Shown: piece after piece, positions 52,761-64,000 of the stretch
Numbering within the stretch: position 1 is the first letter of the stretch
Layout: each line of letters opens with the position of its first letter
From: Octopus sinensis
Taxonomy: Eukaryota
Assembly (NCBI RefSeq): GCF_006345805.1
Contig: NC_043008.1
Coordinates: 12,524,001-12,588,000, forward strand
DNA: 64,000 bases
Reading direction: 5' to 3'
Notes under the pieces: model-generated
Seen by the model: only the letters and a program-made list of their open reading frames with translations
The model's database searches: none
What the model was told of the DNA's origin: nothing
Made by a program: the position numbers and the translations under genes

Positions 52761-52815
52761 GCCCCACCCCCACACGTCCCACCCCCACACGTCCCACCCC
52801 CACACGCCCCACCCC
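52761..52815. repeat. 15-bp C-rich tandem repeat (CCCACCCCCACACGT), about 3.5 units
   Basis: Visible directly. Confidence 0.85.
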
Positions 52816-52983
52816 TTTACCATTATGATTGACATACAGTTTGATAACATTTCATGGTACCACTGTCTTCCCATTTTACCTTTTCAGCCTTTTTGTTATA
52901 TTTCATTTCAATTTCTCCCTTCTCTCTCTCTCTATCTTTCTCTCTTTCAATGTATATATATACACACATATATATATATATAT

Positions 52984-53177
52984 CATTTGCCATGATAGAT
53001 CGCTAGGCACTACACATTCTATATTTTCTCTCCTTGTTTCTTTCTGTGTTCCGTTCTGTGGAAGAGCGTAGGCTCGAAATGTTAAAGACTTTTTCGCTTC
53101 CCAAGCATTATACTAATACATCTGTTTGATATCTACACCACCTGTCTTCATCTTTTGTTTTTTGTGAATTCTCCCTA
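52984..53177 (+). mobile_element. Penelope-like remnant within (TA)n carrying a variant HHR motif (53052-53087)
   Basis: CTGTGGA-A-GAGC(gtag)GCTC-GAAA-TG-TT-AAAG; same family as 59849-60255. Confidence 0.55.
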
Positions 53178-53204
53178 TATACATATATATATATATATAT
53201 ATCC

Positions 53205-53521
53205 TGTGCAGGTAACATGTAAAAAGCACCGTCTGAACGTGGCAGATGCCAGTGCCGCCTGACTGGCACCCGTGTCGGTGACACGTAAAAGCACCAACCA
53301 ATCGTGGCCATTTGCCACCCTCCCCTGGCCCCTGTGCTGGTCGCACAAAAAAACACCCACTACACTCACGGGTTGGTTGGCATTAGGAAGGGCATCAAGC
53401 TGTAGAAACACCGCCAGATCAGACTGGAGCCTGGTGCAGCCTCCTGGCTTCCCAGAGCCCGGTCAAACCATCCAACCCATGCTGGCATGGAAAACAGATG
53501 TTAAACGATGATGATGATGAT
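53205..53521 (+). mobile_element. Family D element with (GAT)n tail
   Basis: ACGTAAAAGCACC modules, GCTGTAGAAAC, CCAACCCATGC. Confidence 0.82.
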
Positions 53522-54190
53522 ATATATATATATATATATATTTACCTTTCCATTCTCTTACTTTCATCCTTTCCTTCTCACTATCTTTACCAATCTTTAT
53601 ATTTTCACTCAGTCTTACTTCTTGCACCTTCCTCAATAGTCTTGATTCTCATACTGCTACTACTACTTCTTCTGTGGCAGCTAATAGTAGTTGTAGTAAT
53701 AGTAGTTGAGTTGAAGGGAGCATTGATACAGGTATTAACAATAATATGGGCATCCAACTACAAAAGCAATTAATTCATCAATTTTCCTTTAGATATTTGT
53801 TATATACAGTTTGAAGATAGTTTTTGTCTGGCAAGTGATTTGATCTGAGAATCATCATCATCACCACCATCATCATCATCATCATCATCCTTTAACATAT
53901 GTTTTCCATGCTGGCATGGGTTGGACAGTTTTGACAGGAGTTTTGGCCAGCAGAAGACCTACCTTGGCACCATATCTGTTTCGGCATTTCTGTTTCTATG
54001 GCCGGGTGCCCTTCCTAGTGCCAACTACTTTACAGGGTTTACTGGGTGCTTTTACACAGCGGCAGCATGGATGCATTTACATTGCACCGGAACAGGTGCT
54101 TTTAGCATGGCACCAGCACCCAGGAACCCTCAAGATTAGGTATGCCAGGCTGGGGGAGGGATGCAGGGGACAACTGTGCTTTTACTTAAC

Positions 54191-54345
54191 TTAGCATATT
54201 TTCTCAAGCAAAGCAAACCACCGGACGTCTTGGTCCCTTATCATCTCCTCCACGAGTTCCAATGTCTGTAGATCCTTTTTCACCTTTTCATCCCATGTCT
54301 TCTTGGGTCTACCCCTTCCACATGCTCCCTCTGCAATTAAAGATC
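54191..54345 (-). mobile_element. RTE LINE ORF C-terminal fragment (3' sequence continues to about 53850)
   Basis: EGACGRGRPKKTWDEKVKKDLQTLELVEEMIRDQDVRW. Confidence 0.8.
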
Positions 54346-54444
54346 TTGGTGTGTTAAAGCTAAAACAGTTACAGCATAGAAGACACGTGTATTTGCCATT
54401 CAAAACGATTATTAACTTCACTTAAACATTTATTATTTGCTGTG

Positions 54445-54837
54445 GATGTGTGGTAAGTAGCTAGCCTACCAACCACATGGTTCCAGGTCCATTCCCTCTG
54501 CGTGGCATCTTGGACAAGTGTCTTCTACTATAGCCTCGGGCCGAACAAAGCCTTGTGTATGGATTTGGTAGACGGAAACTGAAAGAAGCTCATCGTATAT
54601 GTGTATATATGTATGTATGTGTGTATATGTTTGTGTGTCTGTGCTCGTCCCTGCGACATCGCTTGACAACAGATGCTGGTGTGTTTACGTTTACGTAACT
54701 TAGCAGTTTGGCAAAATAGACCAATAGAATAAGTACTAGGCTTACAAAGAATAAGTCCTGGGGTTGATTTGCTCGACTAAAAAGGCGGTGGTGCTCCAGC
54801 ATGGTCGCAGTCAAATGACTGAAACAAATAAAAGAGT
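54445..54837 (+). mobile_element. Family-A SINE, full length
   Basis: Colinear with the young copies. Confidence 0.88.
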
Positions 54838-54894
54838 ATCAAAAGTTAGTTCTGAATCTGTTTTATAATTATCTTTATATGTGTATATAAATTA

Positions 54895-54929
<35 letters not shown>

Positions 54930-55116
54930 AGCTGAATGCATCTAATACACCTGAGTTAATCCTGAGTTCTTTTATCTTTGGCCTTTTTATAACTACTTTC
55001 CTGTTGCATCTTCATGTTTTTCTATCTCTTCTTCCTGTCCTTGTCCTTCCTTTATTTCTCTTACATCAATTTGAACACCTCTTTCCCCCTGATATTCACA
55101 CCCACATATTTGAGTT

Positions 55117-55149
<33 letters not shown>

Positions 55150-55329
55150 CATGTGATCACATGACTGACTAGGCTATCAGATGTTGCTACACATCACTGG
55201 TCACAATGTGCTTCGCATTGTTTTAGCCTTCATATGATGCCACCCCACTGGCTAACGAGCAGGCCATATATATATATATATTATATATATATATATGTAT
55301 GTATGTGTATATATATATATATATGTATG

Positions 55330-55383
<54 letters not shown>

Positions 55384-55439
55384 TTGATATACATGTGTGC
55401 ACATGTGTGTATTTGTGTATGTGTATGTGTGATGTCATT

Positions 55440-56322
55440 TTGAGTGCATTTGGATCCCACTGACCAACTTCTTTCAGGCATCCCTGTCCTCCATCAGTGT
55501 TTTTTCAACATTACTCCGGAAGCCGTACATAATTTCTACAAACTCTCTCTTTTCTTTCACCATACATCTTTCCTTTACCAACATCATTTTTTTTTTCACC
55601 ACTCAAACAGAAGTCTGTGTTGTTTGATGCTTTCTCTTAATAGTTGTATATTTTCATGCAACGCATTGTTCAGTAAATGTTCTTCACAAGAAATATTCTT
55701 CGCCTTCCTTAACATCTTCATATACATTCCATTTAGCTTGTTTTCTATTGCTTTCATAAATTTCCAGCATTCATATCAATATATCTTCTACAGCAATTCT
55801 AAAAAGCTGTGTATTTTGAGGTCGTTAGACAGATTTATTTCTTGTATTACAGACATCTTGTTCATTGCTGACCATTCCAATACAATTCTTACTTCACTGT
55901 TTCTTTCTTTGAACTTTCCATCCACAATCCCAAATATCTAAAGTCATTTACACATTTCAAGTTGGCATCTTTTGATGGTTTAATATCATCTTTTGGTTGA
56001 TTAAAAACCATAAACTCAGACTTATTATCGACTCTGTTTTGCAGCTTCTTCAATTTGTTGAAGTAATAGTGAAGCTTTCTTGATAGCATCAAAAGCAAAA
56101 ACTTGTATCATCTACATATTCTGTGTCTAGTAATAACAGTTGCAGAATAGCATTTGCTTTTCCAAGGAGCTATATTGGAAACCTGTTTCTTCTAAATTTG
56201 GTGTAGCAATTAGAAATGAGTAGTTCAACGCTACAATGACTAGGAGGAGCACAAGTGTGTCCTCTTGTAGTACTCTTACCAGGAGCTCAGCAAAATCTGT
56301 GTTGGAAATTACAGTTGTTTGC
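55440..56322 (-). pseudogene. Decayed non-LTR reverse transcriptase fragment (RTE-like)
   Basis: VRVLQEDTLVLLLVIVALNY (cf. GVLQGDTLAPFLF), YVDD-like motif near 56110-56120, VNDFRYLG; frameshifted. Confidence 0.65.
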
Positions 56323-56359
56323 CTTGTGAATGAATTTGAGAGAAACCCATTGTTATATG

Positions 56360-56390
<31 letters not shown>

Positions 56391-56605
56391 TGTGTGTGTC
56401 CATGTTTGCCCATTGCTGCATGACAACCAGTGTTTGTTTGTTTATGTCACTGTAACTTAGAAGTTTGGCAAAGAGACCGATAGAATGAAGTACCAGACTT
56501 TAAAAATGAGTCCTGAAGTTAATTTGATTAACTAAATTCCTTCAAAGCAGTACACCAACAAAAAACACAGAAAATTGACTGAAACAAGTAAAAGATAAGA
56601 TATAG

Positions 56606-56656
<51 letters not shown>

Positions 56657-57204
56657 GAATTATTCTCACCACCCACATCTCCTTACTCCTATTTCTCTTC
56701 ATTACTGTAACTACGATTTCGTCTGACCCTCTCAACTTTCAACCTCTGCTTATACAACCATATGCAAACATTCACACAAAACCATACTGATTAAGAGTCA
56801 TATGCACAAAATATTAATTTTTACCTCACTTCATGGGACAAAATTCAACTTCTCAATTAGGTTTGTATTTTCACTTAATGAACAAACTGCTTGACCTAAT
56901 GTTCCAAGTTCAAATGCTTTTCTTAGATAGCTGATTTTTTTCGTTCCTTAAAGTTAGATTGCATCAAATAAACATAAATAAGGTGTGAATGCTAGACCAA
57001 GTTCTCCTTGTATTTGGTAGTGATATTGTTGCTATTGAGCGACATCAATTAATCAATCCTGTTGGGCAGATATCAGGCATGTAGATTACTAATTAACCAT
57101 TCCGTAGTACGTTAACATAAGTCATACACTTTATCATTCTCTGATTTGGATCATGTATGACAATCAGGGTATCAAGTATAGTGATATTGCAAGTTGATCT
57201 CCTT

Positions 57205-57249
57205 ATTCACCACTATCATCACCATCATCATCATCATTATCATCAACAC

Positions 57250-57282
<33 letters not shown>

Positions 57283-57470
57283 TCAACCACAACCATCCTC
57301 TTCTTTCTCCTCCTCCTCCTCTCCTTTTCCTCTTCCTCTCCTCCTCCTCCTCCTTATCATCATTACCGCTACTACCCACCACTACCATCATCATCATCAT
57401 CATTATCACTGCCACCACCACCAACACCATCGTCGTTGTCATCATCATCATCATCATCATCATTACTGTA
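57205..57470. repeat. (CAT)/(CCT)/(CAC) compound microsatellite
   Basis: Visible directly. Confidence 0.92.
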
Positions 57471-57997
57471 ATCAATTTTTTTTTTTTTTCCCCTTTTTGG
57501 CTTTCTCCTCCTTCTTCTCCCAACTTCATTCTTTTCTTCCATTTCCCTCGGGCATTACCTTAATTTCACCCAGAATTAGATTTTATTAATCGTAAATATT
57601 CTAAAATTTAAGAATTACTTAATTCTCTTCGCACACAATCTTCCACCACTGTAACTTTACTTACTGACGTAACCAATAGATCCCCTTCCACCACCACCAC
57701 CACCACCGCCGCCACCACCTCTCTGCCCTTTCCCCTTCATGTCTACCACAATGGCTCAGTAGAATATTTATTGTTGGTGTTCTATATGGATACAGACATA
57801 ACAAGTTTGCTTTGTAACTGTATGGCTTTAGGTTCAATCCCAGTACGATATTCATTGCTCTTGTACCATAGCTTTGGGTCAACCAAAGACATATGTGTGT
57901 GGAATTTGGTAAATGGGAACTCTGAGTAAACTCACAGAGGAATTGTTCTTATTTAGGGTGGCAGGTTTAATGCATCACCCAATTTAATACGGCCACG

Positions 57998-58215
57998 AAG
58001 GTGACGAGCTGGCGGAATCCTTAGCATGCTGGACAAATCGTTTAACAGTGATGGACCCTTCTTTCCATTCTGAGTTCAGTTTCTGCCAAGGTCAACTTTG
58101 CCTTTCATCCTTTCAGGGTCGATAAAATAAATACGAGTTGTTCACTGAGGTTGATGTAACCAGCATAAACCCTAGTCTGAAACTGCGGGATTTTGTCCCA
58201 AAATTTGAAACCAGT
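57998..58215 (+). mobile_element. Family-B SINE
   Basis: GACGAGCTGGCGGAATCC..GCCTTTCATCCTTTCAGGGTCGATAAAAT. Confidence 0.8.
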
Positions 58216-58411
58216 TTAAAATATCCACCATGGGTCCTTTAACAGAGTTCATTCTGTTACTTGTTGCTGGTATCTGAGTCAGGTCTCTGATCTGAGGATA
58301 ATCACTTTCCACACCCCCAAGAGTTTTAGGGGTCTTGGAGAAGGTCAAGAATATTACCTTTCTTCCTCTGACTTAACTTTAATGAAAAAATAAATGAAGA
58401 ACCTGTTATAG

Positions 58412-58450
<39 letters not shown>

Positions 58451-58453
<3 letters not shown>

Positions 58454-58729
58454 TAGAAGAAATAAGGTACTCAGAAATCTGGATGGTTTTATATTTACAG
58501 ATTTTTATTAAAATGTTAGATGTTTTTATAACTCATATATTAGCGCTTGCATCTACTCTAGTAGACTCTCCAGATTTGACCTTAAATCTGGAAATTCTAC
58601 CAAATACCTCAAATCTGAAGAGTCTACTAGAGTAGATGCAAGTGCTAATATAGGATTTATAAAAACATGTGACACAGTAATAAAATTTTGTAAATATAAA
58701 ACCATCCAGATTTCTGAGTACCTTATTTC

Positions 58730-58737
<8 letters not shown>
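58451..58737. mobile_element. 287-bp palindromic element within (TA)n with an HHR-like motif in each arm
   Basis: Arms about 128 bp; the outer ~49 bp are perfectly complementary. Confidence 0.8.
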
Positions 58738-58766
<29 letters not shown>

Positions 58767-58965
58767 CATGGGTTCCAGGTGTCATATAGTTGGCACCCAT
58801 GCTGGTGGCATTCATTACACTCTCAGAGTGATTGGCATTAGGGGGGACATCCAGCTGTAGAAACCAGGCCAAATCAGATCGGAATCGGCTGTGGCCTCTC
58901 AGCTTACCAGAACCTGGTCAAATCGTCCAACCCATGCCAGCATGGACAACAGACATTAAACGATG

Positions 58966-59000
<35 letters not shown>

Positions 59001-59449
59001 GACGTAGCTACCCATGTTGATCTGGTGTAACGGGCCTGCAAATGTTTTTGTCTCATATATCTTGCTGTGAGTGTCTGTGTGTTTGTATGTGCACGCATGC
59101 GTGTGTGTATGTATCCGTATGCGTGTATGCTTTAGCTAACTTAGATGGCTTGTCTTTTGTTCCTCTCTATAGTTTCAGACACACCGTCGGTTCACACCAC
59201 TGTCTCTTTATCCTATCATTCGTTGCTGTTACGTTCAGCACTCCTGCCAGTTTTACTGACCACACCTTGCTTACACTGAGTAATTCTGGCTGCTGACCAC
59301 ATGTATAATCCAGGGGTGAGTTTTACCTTTCATTTACCTGGTGTCACCAATTTTTTCTATGATTCTGTAATGTTCTGATAGCCATTATTCATTTCATTAT
59401 GTAAATATGTTGCATGGCAAAGTATTTATTTATTTGTGTGCGTGTGTAT

Positions 59450-59486
<37 letters not shown>

Positions 59487-59848
59487 TGTTTGTATGTGTC
59501 AGTATATATGTATGTGTACATACATATATATGTATGTATATATATATATATGTGTGTGTGTATATATATATATACACATATACATATATATATATGTGTA
59601 TATATGTATACATATATATATGTGTGTATATATATATGTATATATGTATGTATATATATATAAATTACAGAGAGACTGAAAAGGTGAAGAGTTTCATGTA
59701 TTGATACCTGTCACATTGACAGGTATGGTGAGGTATGAACTCTGACCCTTTGAGTCACTCTGTAACAGCTACTAATAAATCAAAAAATATATATACACGT
59801 TTTTACTTCACAGAAGCTATATATATATATATGTTATATATGTATATA

Positions 59849-60014
59849 TAGTTGTAATTTGTAGAAAAACAAAAGACAAAGACAGGTATATGACCAACAA
59901 GCAAGTTGATTAGTTTGTTACTCAGGAAAAATGAAACAATATTTTATGTTTTGAGCCTATGCTCTTCTACAGAATGGAATAAGAGGAAATAAACAGAGAG
60001 AGAATGAGAAAACT

Positions 60015-60065
<51 letters not shown>

Positions 60066-60255
60066 GGAATTTGCAAAAAAACAAAAGACAAAGACAGGTG
60101 GGTAAATGACAAACAAGTGTATAGCTTTAAAGCTTGGAAAGGTGAGAAAATATTTTACGTTTCGAGCCTATGCTCTTCAACAGAAAGGAACACAAGAAAA
60201 AACAGAGAGTGAATAAAAAAAGGTTTAATGGCTAGCAATAGATTGTTCGGTTGAT
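59849..60255 (-). mobile_element. Two tandem Penelope-like remnants separated by (TA)n
   Basis: 59849-60015 resembles 60062-60255; CTTT-CTGTTGA-A-GAGC(atag)GCTC-GAAA-CG-TA-AAA at 60152-60187. Confidence 0.6.
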
Positions 60256-60271
60256 AGATAGATAGATAGAT

Positions 60272-60336
<65 letters not shown>

Positions 60337-60462
60337 GTAGGTAGGTAGGTAGGTAGATAGATAGATAGATAGATAGATGGATGGATGGATGGATGGATGG
60401 ATGGATAGATAGATAGATAGGGAGGTAGGTAGGTAAGTAGATAGAAAGATAGACAGACAGAC
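60252..60462. repeat. (GATA)n/(GGAT)n/(GGTA)n microsatellite
   Basis: Visible directly. Confidence 0.95.
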
Positions 60463-61452
60463 ATATATAAACATATAAAAATTTTACAAGACTTTCCAAA
60501 ATTGTTATTATATTTCCTTTAAACCATTGAGTTGTCTTCGTTGTAATCTCAATAAAAGTATATTAAATTCATTCTTGTGTACAAACACACTCGCATACAA
60601 ACACACATGGCCTTTTCCTTTTCGCTTAATCTTTCTGTCAGCAGAGAGGTGACTGTAACCATTGCCAGCACAGAAACCCAGTTGGACAGTTGCAAGTTGT
60701 TGGCTGCAGGAAAAAAAATATATGTCAGGGGGAGATAACTCTAAAGGGTTGATGTGCTGTAGGAATATGTGTTGAGGAATGACAAGACATTTGTGGTATG
60801 GAATGAGACAATTCACTGCAGTTCATTGAGTGGTGCCAATTTGGCACAGGTTGAGTATTCAGACTGATATGGCAACAGTACTTTATAGTATTGGAGACAA
60901 ACACGTACATACATACACACATATGCACACATAAGCACAAACACACAAATGTACACACACACATAGACACATACTCACACACATAGACACATACTCACAC
61001 ACATAGACACATACTCACACACAGCACATGTCATACACATACACATGTGCATGCAAGGAGATATATACACATGCAGATAGTGAGAGAAAGAGAGAGAAAG
61101 AGAAAAAAGAGAGAGATATAACATATTTATAAACATAACTAGATACTTACACAGAGAGAGAGACTAACAAAGAGAGAGATGGAGGCAGAGAGGTGGAGAG
61201 AGAGAGAAAAGGAATCAGAGAGAGAGAGAAGGAGGCAAAGAGAGAAGGAGGCAGAGAGGAGGGGGCAGAGTGTGACATTACACATAGAAACATAAGTAGA
61301 TGCTCACACACATTAGCAAAGTGAGACAGAGGAAGAAAGAGAGAGACAGACTGACAGAGTGTTGGATGGGGAGAGAGACTTTACAGATACAAATATAACT
61401 AGATGCTGGCACACATTAGCAAAGTAAGACAGAGGTAGGGAAAGATAGAGGG

Positions 61453-61492
<40 letters not shown>

Positions 61493-62165
61493 AATGTGGG
61501 AAAGAAAGCAAGAGACTGAGAGAGAGAGAGAGGGAGAGAGCAGGAGAAGAAGGTGAGAGAGGAGAAAATAGAAATATTACAACATCCAATGTCAAGTAAG
61601 TCATCATTGAATCAGTGATACCAAATAGACAGCATCGAAACAGCTGTCGTCCGCATGGTGGTAACTAGAGATTGAAACATAATTGAGTGATGAGAGGAGA
61701 GATGAGTGAATCAGTAATAAATGAGTGAGACCATCCAGTCTCAGTGGGGGTGGGCAAAGGTGATTGTAGTGAAAGAAAATAAAATGGTACTCTTTTATAC
61801 ACTCACACACACACACACTAATACAGACATGCATGCATGCACTTACACATATACACATGTATATACACATACAATGGGCTTCTGGAGGGTTTCCATCTAC
61901 CAGCTTCATGCACAAAGTATTGGTCAGCCAGGGGCTATAGTGTGAAGGCAGTTGCCCCTAAGGTGCCACAGAGTGGGATTAAACCCAAAATCACATGGTT
62001 GCAAAGTGAGCTTCTTAACCACACAACCCTTATATCAGTTTTGACAATATATCTGATGTTGGTGACAAATGCTACATTCATCATAGACTGTTATAACAAT
62101 GATCATAAAACTCATATCTTTTTTATCACTGCTTTAGACGCAGTTACAGACTACAATACAACTTA

Positions 62166-62690
62166 TAGGTGTAGGAGTGGTTGTGTGGTAAGTAGCTTGC
62201 TTACCAACCACATGGTTCCGGGTTCAGTCCTACTGCGTGGTACCTTGGTCAAGTGTCTTCTACTATAGCCTCGGGCCAACCAATGCCTTGCGAATGGATT
62301 TAATTGATGGAAACTGAAAGAATCACGTAGCATATATGTATATGTATGTATGTATATATATATATATATATATATACATATATATAAGTATGTATGTATT
62401 CCAACCCATGCTAGCATGGAAAACGGACGCTAAACGATGATGATGATGATGATGATGATGATGTATGTGTGTATATGTTTGTGTGTCTGCGTTTGTACCC
62501 CCAACATTGCTTGACAAACGATGCTGGTGTGTTTACGTCCCCATACATTAGCAGTTCAGCCAAAGAGACCGATCGAATAAGTACTAGGCTTACAAAGAAT
62601 AAGTCCTGGGGTCGATTTGCTCGACTAAAGGCGGTGCTCCAGCATGGCCACAGTCGAATGACTGAAACGAGTAAAAGAGTAAAAAAAAGT
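62166..62690 (+). mobile_element. Family-A SINE with a nested family-D tail (62400-62463)
   Basis: TCCAACCCATGCTAGCATGGAAAACGGACGCTAAACG(ATG)n lies inside the SINE's internal microsatellite. Confidence 0.85.
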
Positions 62691-63476
62691 GAGAGTTATA
62701 AAGTCTGGTACATCCCCTGTTCTCCATTTCTTTTTGCTTTTCCCCTATCCTTTGTCTTTCTATGCGTACAATTTCTGTTTCCAGATGATATAAATATGAA
62801 GAAAAATGAACGTTTTTTACATTACCTTTTTGTATTGTAATCATATCTTCAGGTGTAACTTAGAAACACACACAGACACACACATACAGACGACAATATT
62901 CGATTAGCTCCTTCCTCGGGGGATCAAGTTACAGATCTGTTTTGTCTTAAAGCTATGATCTAATCACTGTTAGTCTACGCCTCTGTTCAGCATGTTTATT
63001 TCAAATGGCCAAAATATTTCCGCCAAGAGATGCAAATCATCATTATCCTTGTCACATTATTGAAGAATTCAGACTTCTGCTTCACGTTTTTTTGCAATAT
63101 CCCTAGCAATAACATCTGTTAATTCTTCACAGGCCACCCATACGCTGTAATTAATCTAACAACATTAATCTTTTTTTTTTCCTGTCAAAACACGAAGAAC
63201 ACATTATGTCTCACACCACCAATAATGCATCAATTTTCTTATATAATTTCCATGAAATTCAATAAGAGAATTACAAGGAAGAAGTTGTATTCTAACTGTT
63301 AGAGTTGTCATTGTATATAACAAGTCTGCAACAGTACATACACACTTCAGCATCTGACCTGAGTGCTCGTGGAAGCTACAATGTTTTCTGATATAGAGAA
63401 TGTATATATATTTACGATGTATACATGAATGTTTGTAATATTATATCATGATTAGTTCAAAACACATCTTAGCAAT

Positions 63477-63678
63477 ACAGTTCTATATTTAAAAGATGAG
63501 GAATTATTTAGATTATTTACATTATTTACATTTGACGGATATTTGTCCTCATCTTCTTTGTTGTTAACACAACGTTTCGACTGATATACCCTACAGCCTT
63601 CATCAGGTGTCCTGGGGAAATTTCGAACCTGGGTTCTCATTCCTAAGGTATTTTTCAATGTTGTTGTCTTTATTATTA

Positions 63679-63725
<47 letters not shown>

Positions 63726-63869
63726 TATTATTATTATTCAGGTCACTGCCTGGTATTGAACTTGGAATCTTGGGATTAGTAGCCCACACTCTTAACCACT
63801 ACGGCATATGCCCATGCACATATAGCTACTAACCCCAAGATTTTGAGTACGATTCCAGGCAGTGGAATC

Positions 63870-63914
<45 letters not shown>

Positions 63915-64000
63915 GTAATAATAATAACATCGAAAAATACTTTAGGAATGAGAACCCAGGTTTAAAATTTCCCCAAGACACCTGATGAAGCTGAAACCTT
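63477..64000. mobile_element. Family H head-to-head inverted dimer, running to the window end
   Basis: Minus arm 63477-63814; axis ATATGCCCATGCACATAT at 63806-63823; partly deleted plus arm. Confidence 0.8.
63566..63611 (-). ncRNA. Minimal type-I hammerhead ribozyme motif
   Basis: Reverse complement: GACAC-CTGATGA-A-GGCTG(tagggtatat)CAGTC-GAAA-CG-TT-GTGTT. Confidence 0.65.

Noticed and set aside
57157-57589. His/Pro/Ser-rich ORFs
   Set aside because: Compound microsatellite
59704-59726. Perfect 10-bp hairpin ATACCTGTCA-CAT-TGACAGGTAT
   Set aside because: Too short for a pre-miRNA and isolated; I recognised no conserved miRNA anywhere in the window
61628-61652. GAAACAGCTGTC, resembling the 3' half of a hammerhead with palindromic stem III
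   Set aside because: The CTGANGA half is absent

Overview
AT-rich, microsatellite-saturated animal genomic DNA with no complete gene. The SINE, LINE and MITE repertoire resembles what I recall of coleoid cephalopod (Octopus-like) genomes; this is an inference, not a database result. Nearly every ORF in the supplied track is a translation of a (TA)n/(CA)n/(AAT)n repeat or of a SINE. Contents: (i) many copies of four SINE-like families; (ii) decayed RTE-type LINE fragments and 3' stubs of R4/Dong-like RLE retrotransposons embedded in (AAT)n tracts; (iii) piggyBac-like and hAT-like MITEs; (iv) probable 5' exons of a minus-strand gene (about 51070-50861, 50555-50475, and 7632-7535, the last ending AAAATG|GTAAGT) whose coding body would lie left of the window. 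The most interesting signal is several short repeat families carrying minimal type-I hammerhead-ribozyme (HHR) motifs with a palindromic stem III, as known from Penelope-like elements. One family joins a tRNA-like Pol III head, an (AAT)n spacer and an HHR, and twice occurs as a head-to-head inverted dimer, once with a 13-bp target-site duplication. All calls are by eye and repeat boundaries are approximate.
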